DNA from: Kudoa neothunni
Lineage: Eukaryota; Animalia; Cnidaria
DNA length: 64,000 nucleotides
NCBI GenBank assembly: GCA_964304625.1
Contig: OZ199838.1
Location: 4,857,489-4,921,488, forward strand
Reading direction: 5' to 3'
Shown in pieces: positions 23,266-37,800 of the stretch. Within the stretch, counting starts at the first letter, position 1, and every line of letters starts with the position of its first letter. Both the position numbers and the translations under genes were made by a program. The notes beneath the pieces were generated by a model. It did not search any database, was not told where the DNA came from, and saw only the letters and a program-made list of their open reading frames with translations.

Positions 23266-26200
23266 TATTTTATTATATACCCGAAGATTGCCTGAAATTC
23301 TCCTTTTTATAATTGGTGTACAAAAAATAATATTAAACCTGGTTATCATAAAATCACACAAATTTCAACAATATTTAATAAAATGTATTACTTATCTGTC
23401 CATAAAACAATAAAATATTCCGATTTATTATATGATAAATAGAGATACCCTATATTCTCTGTATGTACGAAAGTATGCGCCTAACAACAATTACACAAGT
23501 TTGAGTGAGTTTATGCCTGGTCAAAACTGTATAATTCTACTAAACTAATATATTCTATTTTTATAATAAAATCTCTCTAAAGTACAACTATATCATGTTA
23601 ACAAAGATACAATGAATCATTTATTGGGGGATAGTAGGAGAAAGAATTTTATGGAATAGATTAAGATCGACCTTTTGAAATAATATTGAGTTGGTAGATT
23701 TCATATCTATTGACGATAGAACTGACCTAGTTCTACTTCCAATTACACTCCAAAATTTAATCAGGTAAAACTTATATAATTTAGAAAACTAAAAGATGAA
23801 ACGGAACAATATTAATAAAAAAGTGGAATATCTAATTTTCATTATTAATTTTTTTCTTTTCTAAGATTCCAAGAGTAAAGTAACTGAGATTAAATAACAA
23901 TTGTTTTCGATAATAAACATTTTTAAAACGAACTTACGGCCACAAATATATAAAAGAGAGAACAATTAAATTTTTCATATCAACGGCTTTCTCCACTAAC
24001 CCCTATCTTATCAATTAACTTATAAATTATAAGGGCTTTTTATGTTTTAATATAGAATTATATAATTTTGCTTTCGTACACAGTCGTCGACGCAACATGA
24101 AGCACGTTCAGTTGTGGTTTATTCAAATGTTTTGTTTCGTTAGCTATAGATTAGTTCAAAGTGTCGTTAATGTACACCACAAAACTTGGAGAGATTGCAT
24201 TTTATTTCGCTGTAAATGCAGAACTTAGATTCTAAATTATAAACTGATTTAAATATAGCCGAATAATTGACTAAAACATTTGTATATTCATTTATAAATT
24301 TTAAAAAAATAATAACGAGGCTAAAATACAGTTAAGCCAAATTTTTGTGAGCAGAATCATTAAAGGGAGGGTTTGCATTGGCCTTCTTGTTTAGTTATGT
24401 TCACCGATTCCTGAGGTTAATTATGAAGGGTGATATATTAATGAATTTCAATAAGTACAAAAAATGGCTTAGCTGAGAAATAAGCTGGAAATTGAAGAAA
24501 TATATATGAAAGGGAGTGTAGAATGCTCCTAAATAGAATAAGGAACCTCAATACGTGACTACTGGACAAAGATGGATTAATACTGGGATTCAAGGAAAAT
24601 TGTTTTAAGAAAATCGAATTCCTCAAATATATTGATGGATAAATATTTATACCAATTACTGATAAAAGTTAGTTCGGAGATGTGGTGGAAATTTTGTAGA
24701 ATAAGCGTAAAAACTATTGTATAACAAGAATGTACCGGAGAACCCGCATATAGCTTGCTTTGTGAATTAAAGGAACAAGAGGGATTTTAGAATTTAATTT
24801 GTGCCTAAATTTTGTAAATATATGGGAGATGAGATTAATATAAGGATTATATTCACATTAATGCAAAACAAAAATTGTTAAATATGAAGGCTAGATGCAC
24901 GTCTAAAGGGGTTGTAAAGTAAGACTCAAATCAAATGGTTCAATTAATAAAGGATATATACATAAATTCTCTTTATACAATTACTCGTAATATAAAATTA
25001 ATATTAGGAACATCAAAATCGAGTATAAAATAAAATTAAGGATATTGTTGACCCTACGAAATATTTTACACGAGAACATTTTTTATTGTCAAGACTACTC
25101 TAAATTCAATTAGCTATAGAAATTAAAAAATATTTTTGAATAATTTTATAATGAAAGCGATATTTTAAAATATTTAGTTCATACAGTAAGTGCCAATTTG
25201 ACGTGAAAATATTAAGAGGGGAGGATGGGTTTCTAACTCGGCTCTAACTATTACCGAGTGAACTTAATTTAACGAGTATAAATATTGGAGAAAATCAATG
25301 AAGTGCTCAACTTTTACGCAGACGGAGCCTTAAAGTAGTTTAAAAACAACTCTAAAGCTATAAATACTTAATTGAAGAACATTCATCAAGTTTTAAATAT
25401 TTTTTCTCATCACAGATGATAATCGAGATTTTTATAATGAATATTTGATCAAAAATAAGGATTATAAAAATGTGTAGATATTATTGATTTTGAACATTCA
25501 CCATTTCATGCCCTTTTAAAAAAACACTCATAACTTAAGTTATGTTAGTATTTGCTTAAGGTAGGCCTAAATTTTCGAGAAAAGCGTTAAGATTTAATAT
25601 GTAAAAGAACGACACAAATAATGTTTAGTATGAATTATATCGAATATTTAACAACATTAAAATTATTCTAAGAATTATGCGTATATCAATAATGAAAAAA
25701 TTCAACTTGAGAATATATAACATCCAATTATTCGTGTTTCAGTCAATATTAGATTATTAGCTCAAAATGTCCAATTCCACCTAGGATTGTTATATATTTC
25801 ATTGAATAGCTTTAAAAACCTGTTGAAAAATGTACAAATCCTATAAATTAACCATTGACAAGGATTAAGCTAAATATTGTTTAATGTATTATAGTTATGA
25901 CAATTATAACCGGCAAAGTTAAAATAAGATCATAAATAAAAATAGAAAAAACTATAATGCTAGATAAAAATGTGCACGAATTAATTTCTATTGCTTAAAT
26001 TAATATATTTTTACAGTGGTTAAATAATATTATATCCCCAATTCTATTAATTTAATTATCATTTATCTACATAGCTTGGATATAAAATAATAATTATCTC
26101 TAAAAAAACGTAATTTTAATAATTATTTAAAACATTCATTTTATTTATAGCTGCCCTATTAAATACAATGATTAGGCTATTAAAAACTAATAACATTTTA

Positions 26201-29200
26201 TTGACGAATATATTGGCTCGATTTCCAATCAAAAATACAATAAAACGATTTCTTCATAAAAGTTTCAAAATAAATGGTTATATCACAAAAGTTCGGCTAC
26301 TTATTTTCTAGTTTCTTAGTTTTGTCTTTGAGATAGATTGTTTTGAATTCTTTCAGTGAAATGAGGATCATCAAGAGATAGCATAAAAGACTCTAAAAAT
26401 TAAGTCAATAATATATAATATTTCAAAGTCAAATATTTCATAAAATTTTATTCTTTTAATCAATTTAGACAGATACGAAAAAATAGTATATTTTTAATGG
26501 CTTTATTTTTCTAGGTAAACTTAGTTAAAACTACATACTTCACAATTCTATCTTGATAATGAAAGACAATATCTTTTGTTCTATGGAAAATGATTACATT
26601 CAATCATGAAATTTAGGTAGAGATAATTTTAGTTTATTGATTATAAAACTAGTTGAGTATATACGTTGTTAATTCGAAGATTAAATTGGGTCGGGAATCT
26701 TAAACAGTATTGATATGTAATACCCTATTTTACGGTTAAAATACAACATTGAATATTTTCAGTTACAATTTAGGGTACAATAATTGCTGGATACTTGAAA
26801 GAAATGACTAAAAAAGTGAAGAATATGACTTTATAGTGCACAGTTAATTATACTTAAATTTCAAAGGCAATCGGCGCAAAACTAACCAACATAATTCGAC
26901 GCTGGATGATCAATTACAAATTTTCGTAAATCACCAATGGCTACTCTGATAAACTCTCTCTGTCAATATTTATCTCATTTCAACTAAGCTAAAATTTTAC
27001 GTGTAAAAATTGAACTTCGTAAAACCGATAAAAATTGTGTAACGTTTCATTTAGTTTTACTTTTGCCATTGGGCCTAATTCATATTATTCAAAAGAAAAT
27101 AAATAACCGATAAAGATGAATTATTACGATTATTCTCTGATTATCGGCCCTGAAATCAGACAAATCTAAAAAGAATTAACGGGGTAAATTATCCATAATA
27201 TACAAACAAACACTAAACAAAACGTTAGTAAGAAAATCATTATTTATTATTATCGTCGAATAGTCTAAGAAAATTTCCTCTTATAATACGTTATCGGATA
27301 AAATGATAAAATACAATCTCGATAACCTAAAACCCTTAAGAAATTCATCAACCGTCAAAAAAAATATGAGTTTCTCTACTTATGCAATATCGAAGCTTGG
27401 TAATAAAAAATGGGCTGGTCTGAAATTATTAATTAATGCTTACGAGGCAATATAATTCTTTGATATGATACTCTGATTTAAGCATAACGGTCCATTTTAT
27501 CTTAACAACTATTAAAACTTGCTTTAAAATTTCTGGAATCAATAAATTTACCTAAATTATAATCAAAAAATAATCTTTATTATAGTAGAACCTGTTTTTA
27601 TAATTAATTATAACTGTTTTATGATGTAAAAATATGTTTATGTAATTTTAAAATTTTTTAATATTAAAATGCATATAAAATATATATCAATTATTCATGT
27701 CTACCCAAAAGTAACAGGATTTATCTATTTTCATACTTGGTCTGTTTTTTTTTCATTTGAAAATAGATCTCATGGTTGATCTTATCCAGCGATAAATATA
27801 TTTTTGATAGTAAATTCAACCATGTTGAGATATTTAATCAAAAGGGAATGCATATTTTATAGATCAAATAGTCGTAATAATTTAATTTTTTCGAAAAATA
27901 TTCCAGAATTTTTCAAATTAATTATGATGAAATATCAATTACAAATGCATATCCACGAAGGAATCATATTGTTAGTCTAATAATTTTTCATCGATATTAT
28001 GAATCTCCAAAGCAAGAATTTGGATTAAATTTGTGGTAAGATATTGATATACGCACTTCTAAAAAGATCCATCTCAGTTACAATTTGATGTTGAAGTACT
28101 ACAACGGTCGAATCGTTGGAAGAAAGATGGCAGAGATATATGGTTAATGCTTCTGCATTGTGCACTCCTATTCCGTTACGGAAGTTGTGTCTGGAGTTTA
28201 CGTTCACTATTACGTGATGTAACCGCAGTTTTTGTTCGGTGTGGTGTGAATAGTAAGATTAGACATAAAAATCGTCTGGAACGTATTAGATAATGAAAAT
28301 ATAGAGCGGATTCGCCATATAACAAACATTCTAAAAAATAGGTAGGTTTTAGACCTTCCTAATTGATTTTTTCGTTTGAACTCAAACACCACAACAAGAA
28401 GGCGAGACTAGGGATTACAATCGGCTCGCCAGGGTGTCTACAATATTCATGGAGGTCCGCACGCAACCTAGAACTCCACAGACAAATTTGTTGTTCCAGG
28501 GATGTTAAGTGTGGGAAAAACTTAATAAAAATCTCAATAAACGCGGAATTCATGGGAATGACAAATGTGAATCTGATTACACATATGGAGGTAATTCAGG
28601 CGTTGGTTTTTTCCAGTTCCTTGTTAAATATTAAGCACGACTCACTTTGAAATATCACTCTAACTAGAAAAGTTCTTATTTCTCCAATAATAAAATATAT
28701 AGTTTATTACAAATACTATGTTTGGAATTTTTCACATCAACGATTATTTACTCCAAAAAGCGAAAACGTAAAAATTAATTACCAAATTGCATTAAAACTT
28801 GGAAGATTTCTGCTTTTTAAAGCTTTTAGGCATAAAGTATCGATCAACAGACATGACAAATTAAACAAAAGAAAATCACTTGAAAATCGTTTTTGAAGCT
28901 TGCATCGGAGGAGCAGGAAAGTGCCAGCTATTTTTTCCATATTACGTTCAGTTAAAATTCCCTAAAAAGCCTACTAGACTTTATCATAATAATACTACTT
29001 TTAGAGTTATATTTCAATTTTTTGCCAAATTTATCGACTTGTGCGGACATTGAAGACTAAAAACGATTGATTATGCGAGTGATCCTGTTAACCCCCTCCC
29101 CAATAATAATTTCAATGAGGGCTGGCCCCTTGAACCTAAGGAAATTGTTTAATTTTGTATCAGAATCGCATCTGATAAATGTTAAACTATAATCAGAAAA

Positions 29201-29764
29201 ATTAAATTTTAATATGACACACTTGTCTATCGTAGATATTCTTAGGATTAACCTTGAAAAGTTAACCTTGGGTTCCATGGCCCACCTCATTATTATTTTA
29301 TTACAAAAATTCCTATATTTCACGTATTTTCATCATAAGTCTAACCAAATTTATTTCATTGATCAGTAGGTAATACTTATTTTAAAAATTTGATAGAATT
29401 CTGGCGAAAATAATCGAAATATAACAATTCTAACATCAAAATTTATGAAAAAATAATATAAAGCTGGCCATGTGAAGCTCAAAGTTAGATTTTAAAGATT
29501 AATTAGCTAGCTCATAAATAAAAAGCTAACAAATATTATGAAAAGTAAAATTCCGTTTTAGATATATTTGTTTTTATTCGTCTCAATGACAGTTTTGGAA
29601 GTACTAGACTTCTAATTATTCAAATTACACAAAAAGCTTAAAGTTTAGTCATAGTATGAATAAATTGAAAGAAATTGACGAATTAGGAGTTAAATTATTA
29701 AAAAAATGTTGCAAAAAATAATTATTATCAAATATCCAATCAACTGCCAAAAATTGTTGTTAGT

Positions 29765-31744
29765 TTAATAGTTTGATCCCGGTATTATTGAAATATCACC
29801 ATAGGCTTTTGATTGAGACAATCTTATAACGTCTCGTTTATGCAAATCTTTAAAACAGAAGTTAAAATTAGTAAAGGTTCGAAATTACTCAAAAGCAAAA
29901 TAAAGTGTTGCAGACATTTTCGTTTAGGAAGCAATTTACAGATAGTGAAGAATGTGGTGTTTCGATCCGCTAGTTTCGTTCCTATTAGACTATAATCAAG
30001 TGATTTTTCGTGGTAGAATGGGAAAAACTTACCTCAAAATTTCTTCATATTTGGGTGAAAGATTAAAATAGTTATGATCTATAACAACAATAATTGATGA
30101 ATAAAGCAATATGACTTACCTGTAGTGATGTCAATATCGTTAAAATCACCATAGGTGATATCATCTAACTGATCTTCATCATAGTTGGAGTGGATAAGAG
30201 AAAGTCGGCGATTGAGGTTATTAGACTTGATGGTGTTTCTACTTTGGAGTGACTGGAGACTAGCAGTAGATATTGATCGAGAAATTTTATTGTTGACATT
30301 GCCACTTCCAATAGAGGATCCAATATTTAGTGATGAAATATCAAACGACGGTGACTTAAATTTGTTGTTTTCGAATCTTGGTACTTCGTAGGACACTTTG
30401 TCAGTTCGAATACTAGCTGACGGTGACATTTCTGTAAAATTATTAACATACTGATTATTATTCGCATTGTTATTTTCAAGTAAAGGCACCAACAAATCTT
30501 CCAACATTCGACACAATTGAGTGTCTAAAACGTTTTATATAGTTAATGAAATTTATAATTTACTAATATCTAGCGAATAAAACAAGGAAACAAGGTCATT
30601 TTCTTGATGTATTGTATTTCTATTAGCATTGCATTGAGCAATTTCTGTTGAATGGATCTATAATTTTCGTAACTTTAATCAAGATTCAGCGGTAACAAAC
30701 AAACATTTTGTTTTGCAATTGTGTGATTTTTGTCAATGATAAGCGTATTTTTTTGTTTTCTTTTCCTATGTAAAATTTCTAGCAGTTTAAAAACTTCATC
30801 CATTTCATGTGTTGGGACTTCCTTTGATTGTTCCACCCAATTATCGACTATTGAGCGTTCACAATTGTCATCGTCAAAGCTATCAATCATAGAAAGTTGA
30901 TCTATGAGAAGCGCTTGATTGAAGTTGGATTCGTCAATTGTTGGCAACGTGATATCTTTCTCAGAAGCGGTATTGAGGTTCTTGTTGATGTAGAATGAAA
31001 AATGCGGTTGATTTGTAGAAGTTGTAGTTTGAGAACGTTTACATTCAACAAGTGGAATAGGTGAAACAGTGATATTTCGACTATTCTTTGAAATATGCTG
31101 GTAACTAGTTGTGCTTGGACTTACTGTAGACAGGGATGATGCGAATAGGTTTTCTGGGTCGACTGATATATTTCTTGGGATTTCTCCTTCGATGTTGTGA
31201 GTTGTTAGCGCCTGTCCCCATATGGTACTTAATTGTGGCACCAAACGTCTCTTTCTTCGACGATTCTCTCTTATTAGATGTCTTCTTTTTGATCCTTCAT
31301 TGTATAGCATGCACTTTATTTCAACTTAAATGATCAAGGTCAGATATCCATCACTAATAGCACTTTATTACGGAAAAGGTACGTTATTTTGGCATTATAA
31401 ACTTTGACAATACTAGACATCAACAATGCAATTAATCGTAACGGTGGTTTGAGTAATTTTGTCGACAGGATCAATTTCTCACTTAAATACTAATATAACT
31501 GTTAGTACAAGACATTCTAGATACCAAAGTAGGTCAGTATCAATGTTTAGAATGTGTTTTTTGCCGTACAGTCTCTGTACGGGGGCGTTATTCATGGAAA
31601 TATGCCTAATATACATGAAATTTTATTATTTCTGGTAAATTATTTATAGTGGTTTGAGTGGAGATACCAACACATTTCCACGCCGGTTGGATGAGCTTTT
31701 AGCAGTGATTTCAACTCGACGGGCACTGGTAATATCAAGGACAT
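29765..31744 (-). CDS. Rad21/Rec8-family kleisin (cohesin subunit), probably Rec8-like; about 545 aa, 9 exons
   Basis: Spliced N-terminus LLKAHPTGVEMCW...KKHILNIDTDLLCEKL...LRLIALLMSSIVKVYNAKITYLFLE; central RKRKQKNTLIID; C-terminal winged helix FILLLNLHKRDVIRLSQSKAYGDISIIPGSNY*. All three match Rad21/Rec8 hallmarks. A possible upstream start lies at 31846. Confidence 0.85.
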
Positions 31745-31885
31745 TTCACAATAAATTCGAACTTAAATTTAACCCCACCTACTCCTATTTCTATCAAATT
31801 CACGCAGAAAAGTACCATTAAAACCAATTATTGTATTATATAACATGTTTGATTGATACTGATAAAACTAATAAAGAATTAAGAA

Positions 31886-34800
31886 CTAATTCTGAGTTGT
31901 TAGTAGGTCGATGTTTTCTCTGAGGTTAATTATTTTGGAGGAAAATTGTTCAAGTTTGTCTTTCAATACCAAATTTGATGATTGTGATAATTCCCCGAGA
32001 ACGTGCTACAGAGAAATAAATTAAAATTGTAATGATAACCAATTAATATATTATTTCATCATTTTTTGAATAGTTAAGAGATATAAATTAATACGTCCAT
32101 TTAAACATACGAATGTGCACACGTATTAATTATCAATTACCTCACAACGTGTCACCAAATTATGCAAAGCCAAACTAAGACTTTGTATGTGTTTTTCCTT
32201 GTTCGGAAATGGAATTGTATCGGCCGTTGAAATTTTAATTGCGCCTAATAAATATCAAAGTACAATTTCATTGGGCAATATTTATTAATTGCTACAATTT
32301 AATAGATCTTGAGATAATATTTCAGCTTGTTGTCGGGCTTTATCGTCTGTTTCCCAAAGTTTCTCCTCAAATACCACAATACGAAAAGCTTTCACCAAAT
32401 ATTCCATTTCGTTGAGAATGGAACTTTCGCTGTTATCATCCTCATAAAGTGACGCGTACATTTTCCATACGTTCCACGATGGGGTTGCCTAATTATATCA
32501 GTGAATTGAATTATTCAAAATACATTTTTTAATTGATCATAATATTTTTCTTCAGCTCACATACAAAACTTCTGTTTAAGTAATCCTTTAAGAAGATTAC
32601 AAAAACAAATAAAGGGATTAAAATCAATTTAATGATTTAAAAAAATTAAATTGACAATTAAAATAGTTTTTATATGTTAAAAGTAACGTAGACAAAATTA
32701 CATAACTAAATTAACACAGAAATTAAAATAATTTTATTTATTTCATTATATGAAAAAGCCGAATATTTTATTAAAGTGATAAAATAGACGAAAGGTTAAT
32801 TCGTTATTCTAAGGTAGTTTAAAAAAAATTAAATATACCTTGTTCACATATTGATAAAACAGATCAATAACATCCTTCTTAAAATATTCATCTATCATTT
32901 AAAATAATCGAATCATATAACAAACAAAGAAAAAACCTTTGTATCCAGACTTAAGAGATGACGTTTCAAATTTGAATGTGTATGTTAGCATTGCAAACAC
33001 CTAAAAAGTTATACAAAATAAGTTTAATAAAAAAACGTACTTCGTCAGGAATGACATTCACATTCAATTCAATTAACTTTAGGCAAGAAAAAATTATATC
33101 TCTATGGTATTCTAGTTGCATACATATCTAAGTTTGGCAATTTAGTGCTTAAAATAATAAATCATATCTATATACGTAAAGATTGTTTTCCCACATTTTG
33201 TAGTTAGTATAGTTAAATCTGAGTGCCTCTTTCATAATTTGATACGCTAAAACACTATTGGGTTGATTAGATAGTTTAGCTGTTTTGGAATTACTAATTT
33301 TTTCTTTGGATATGTACAGTAGCTAAATTGGACCAACATTCTGCATTCTAATGGGACAATTTGAATCAGTGAGTTCACGAAAAGGAAAAATACATCCGGC
33401 TCTAATCTAGTGCATTGCAAAAATGATGAAATAGCTTCTTTGAAACGCTCTAATCTCATCTGGATGCATCCCAAAGTAAACCACAAACCCTCCTAAATAA
33501 AGAGATTAGAAAATGATTCATAACTTTACCAAATTAAACACAAGTTAAATAGGGTGTTTTATTTAAAAATTAATTTTAAATGTTTTAGGCTAAGTTTTCC
33601 TGTTTTAATGTTTGTTAAATTGCTGAAACCATTTCAAATGTATATCGGAATGATTTATGCTGGTGCATATTGTCTTCGAATCCAAGCAGTTTAAAACCTT
33701 TTTATCGTTATAACACCTTTTATAGAAAACACATTCAGTTTTTGTTCCAATATGAATTTTTCAATATTTAACCTTATACACTTATTAAGCCAATATAGAA
33801 AAATTTATGTTTTATTGAGTATAATATCAAATAGGAAAAGTAATGGGATACAATGTTCTATGAAAACCTATTAGAATCTTGCTGATACTTACTTTAAATT
33901 ATTTTGAAAATCTGAGTTTAATATTAATATCGAATTTGTATGTTTTATTCAAATTTACTTCAGCTCAGCTTTAAAATGATGAACTCAAATGCTATTTTCA
34001 CAAAGAGAACGATTATGATGAAGAGTTTTTTAGAACTCGAAGAGTAGTCATTGAATTGAAGTCGCCACATTGTAACGATAATTTGTATTTATCGTTGTTA
34101 TCTAATTTTTTTTCTGTTAAAGTTCAGCAATTTTGTCAAGGTATCTACCATTTGAACCTCAGACCTGAAAATTCAAGAGATCAGTCCCCTTATCAAAGAT
34201 GCTCAGAATAATCTATTGATAAAATATGCTTTAAAAAAAATTATAAATCTGATAAAAATTAAAACAAACTGATTCTTTAAAATAAAGAAGTTTTAGCGAG
34301 CCCATTGACATTTAGAGTGTTGCTTACACGATGACGTAAGCTTGATAAATAAGAAATATCCCAACTTTCGACACCTCGTCCTCATAAAAAATGATTTAAT
34401 AATGAAACAATAAATATTTGTTAATTAAAACATATTAAATTGATTCCGCCGCGTATTTGGAGATTAAATCCGTTGAGATAACGAAATATTCGAGCTATAA
34501 ATGACAGACACTTGAAAACAGCGTTTAAAACAATGTAAAATGAGATATTTAGCTCTTAATATATACATAATTCTATTCGTATTACAAACGAACAATTTAG
34601 CAGGTTTATCTTGGATAACATTTTAAATTTTGAGCGGAAGATATGCATATCGAAATCAGGGTCCAACTCATTTTGCATACTCCTCTACAGTGTGATTGTT
34701 TTTACTATTTTAATAAGACACATATTTTGTAAAAACTTGTACGTGTGGATAATGCAGCATATTATAAGGAAAATGGAGTGGTTATTTTCATTATTGTTGA

Positions 34801-37800
34801 TAAAATAAAGTCTCGTTCCAAACAGATTGAGGCCTAATTTCATCAGTGAAAAGTTGAGAGTATTGGAAGAAAAAATGGTAATTTTTTAATAAACATTATT
34901 ATCAATCTTGACAAAATTATTGACTGTAAAACATTCGTTTATAGTAGTACTATCAACTTGAAATGAGAGAACCAGCCATGGGTAAAGTTAACCTTAATGC
35001 GGGGGAAACTTTATAATTAATTAGCACTTTAACTTTTCGAGAGATTTGAAATAGAATTGAGAGAAAATTCTTCTCAATTTTGCATTAATGCATTTATGAA
35101 TAAATAGAAGTTAAATGAATTATCAAAAAAATAAATATTAATGATTATCTAAATATTTTAATTAAAAAAGCTAGGAAATAACCCCCTAAACACCAATTAA
35201 ATAAATTTCGGAAAAGTGGATTCTACCTTCATTAATTGTATTAAATGATTTTGCTAAATATAATATCAACTTTATTATCTATTATAATACAAAAATTGGC
35301 GTGAATACAACAGTATTTCAAAATAATTTATAGCAATCCTGACTTTCAGATAAATGACACCTTGTCTACATTGCATGTATTTTTTTATTTAGTTATTTTT
35401 GTTAGGTCTTTGATGATGTAAAATTCATCGTTCGCTGTAGTAAAAGGCCTGATTCAAGTCAAAAGGGCCAGTTTATAGAAAATTCAAGTAGACAACCTAA
35501 AAAAATTCACCCGACCGACAATAGGAATACTAATGTCTTCGAAAAGTCGGTGGCCGAGCACAAATAACCGTTTAATTTTCATAGCTTGATAAAAAAATCC
35601 AACTGTTGTTTCGCTAACGACATTCTCTAGTTTCATTAATTTTTTTAATCAACGATTCTTTAATAGCGCCAAAATTCCGTGTTTTCATTCAAGTAAATAA
35701 TTCCACATTATTATTTCAAAAATGGGGTTGACAATATGTCTACCAAACTAAAGTGACTAAAGCATCTATTAGGTCTCCTTTTAACTATGTAATGATCGAT
35801 CCAGCTGGATATGCACGTTTTTTAACACCTCGAGTTATACCGAAGAAAATATATTTTTAGTTTTGCTGTTTTAGGGGTCATAATTCCTCAAAATGACATT
35901 ACAAAATGTATTTAAATAATCTTTTTTCAATATATTAAATCATCCTCCAATTTTACAGAAATCATTTTTCATTTCGTAGAATTAATGAGTTTACAGAAAA
36001 GTTTTAAATGACAACCAAAAAAGCTTTTGGGGAACAATACGTGAGTATACTATACGGAAAAAATAATTGATATTATCATCAATATATACTTAATTTTTAA
36101 CATCACTGGCTATATAATATAATTAATTTAAAATGATAATTTAACAATATTTTATACAATAAAAATGTAAATAGTTATACGATAAAAGTAAAATATATTA
36201 ATTCAGTAGATTTATCTTCTAGATTGCACAAGATTAATAAAACCTTTTGGAATCGAATCCAGACTAAAAATTACTAACTTAAAGGAACAAAAAATATTAA
36301 AGCATTTGATTATATTGAAACTTACCTGCATATAATTAATTCTTAGAGAGACTTGTAAAAATTGAGCACATTTTTCCATCTAAAAGGTATTAAACCTGGC
36401 CAAATCTAATAAAGTAAAGTCACATCTTTGTTGAGGTAATATAGACCAAGCATTTTTTGTGAACGCCAACTCCTATGATTAGAAATTTCCCATGCTTTGT
36501 TATAGTATTCAATATTCTGAAATAAAACCACAAATAAGCACATTAACTGAAGCAGTAATGATAACAATATATAATTATACCTTGGTAACTTGGCCGAGTA
36601 GACAATATAAGTGTGAGTTGTTGGGCTCTATTTCTAGGCGCTTTCTAATGATTTCTTCAGCCTAACATCAAATTTAGGCAAAAACTGTAATATGAACGAC
36701 CAATACTTTTTCATGGCGACCCAATAACATGTGGCATTCAATCATTTTATCCCATGAAAACAATCTCTCGTAGATATCGAGCGCAGATTTAAAGCATCCA
36801 AGTTTAGCCAAGGCACACGCGTAAGTTTCCTATATAAAAATCAGCAAACAATAACCAAATAGATTTTACCTCAAAATAAACGATTGTATGACTGTTTGAA
36901 CAAAGCCATTTGTGGATACGATGATTACCCTAAGGTATGAGTTGAGAAAATTTATAATTATGACAAAAATATACACTGGGTTCATTTTTTCTGTAATTCT
37001 CGCACAAAAACCTACAGGTAAATTTCAGAAGAACTATCACACATATCACAACCAAATATACCTCATATTGTTTAAGAGAGCGTTCCATTCTTTTCACCGA
37101 ATCAAACTCCAACAAGCATCGCCACAACAAGGCTTCACAACTGACAATCCAAGATTTCGGAGCGCTGTTGATAATTTCTACATATGGTTTAAGTTGTTCC
37201 ACCAAAATATCATCTTTAGGAACGTTCGATAAGTGTGTTGGCTAAAATTAAAAAACCTCCATCAATATAATCATTCGTTTGTGACTAGTTTGATAGAATG
37301 AGAAATTTTTTAAACAAAACGGGCAATTGTTTCACCTCTAATCATCTCATTTTTAAATGTTCGCATATTTATTACCAATAGCATAACATGAATATTTGTT
37401 GGTACAGATTCAACTCCGGAATCGCCACTTCACTTGGATCTTGATACATTGTAGTTGGTAGTAATGGAGATTCCTCTTCAATGGCCACAATCTACAATTG
37501 GCAATATCGTAATTTATCACGTTCAAACGAATACTTCTGGAAGTGAAGCCAGTGACGATAAAGCATTTTTATTAAAATTTTTATTCGCAGCCTCAATCGC
37601 GACAATCAGTTGAGCGATAGGTTTTTCTTGATATTTCATCTTTTTGCCAAGACAACCTAAAGGATTGATGCATTCAAACATTCATTAATTTCATAATCAA
37701 ACCGGTGAGATTATGAGATATTTCCAATAGAGATTGCAAAGAATGAAGAATATTCTAAAGATATGGTTGAAATCACGGGTAAAAACATTAGGAGCTACCT

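Noticed and set aside
24360-24930. Purine-rich stretch as an LTR retrotransposon remnant
   Set aside because: No RT, RNase H or integrase motif and no LTR pair found.
21500-28640. Alternative genetic code suggested by in-frame stops in the relic genes
   Set aside because: Conserved genes read cleanly in the standard code and end with TAA, TAG or TGA.
29057-29323. 88-aa ORF as the last exon of the kleisin
   Set aside because: The kleisin ends with a proper winged-helix domain and stop at 29765; this ORF has no recognisable motif.
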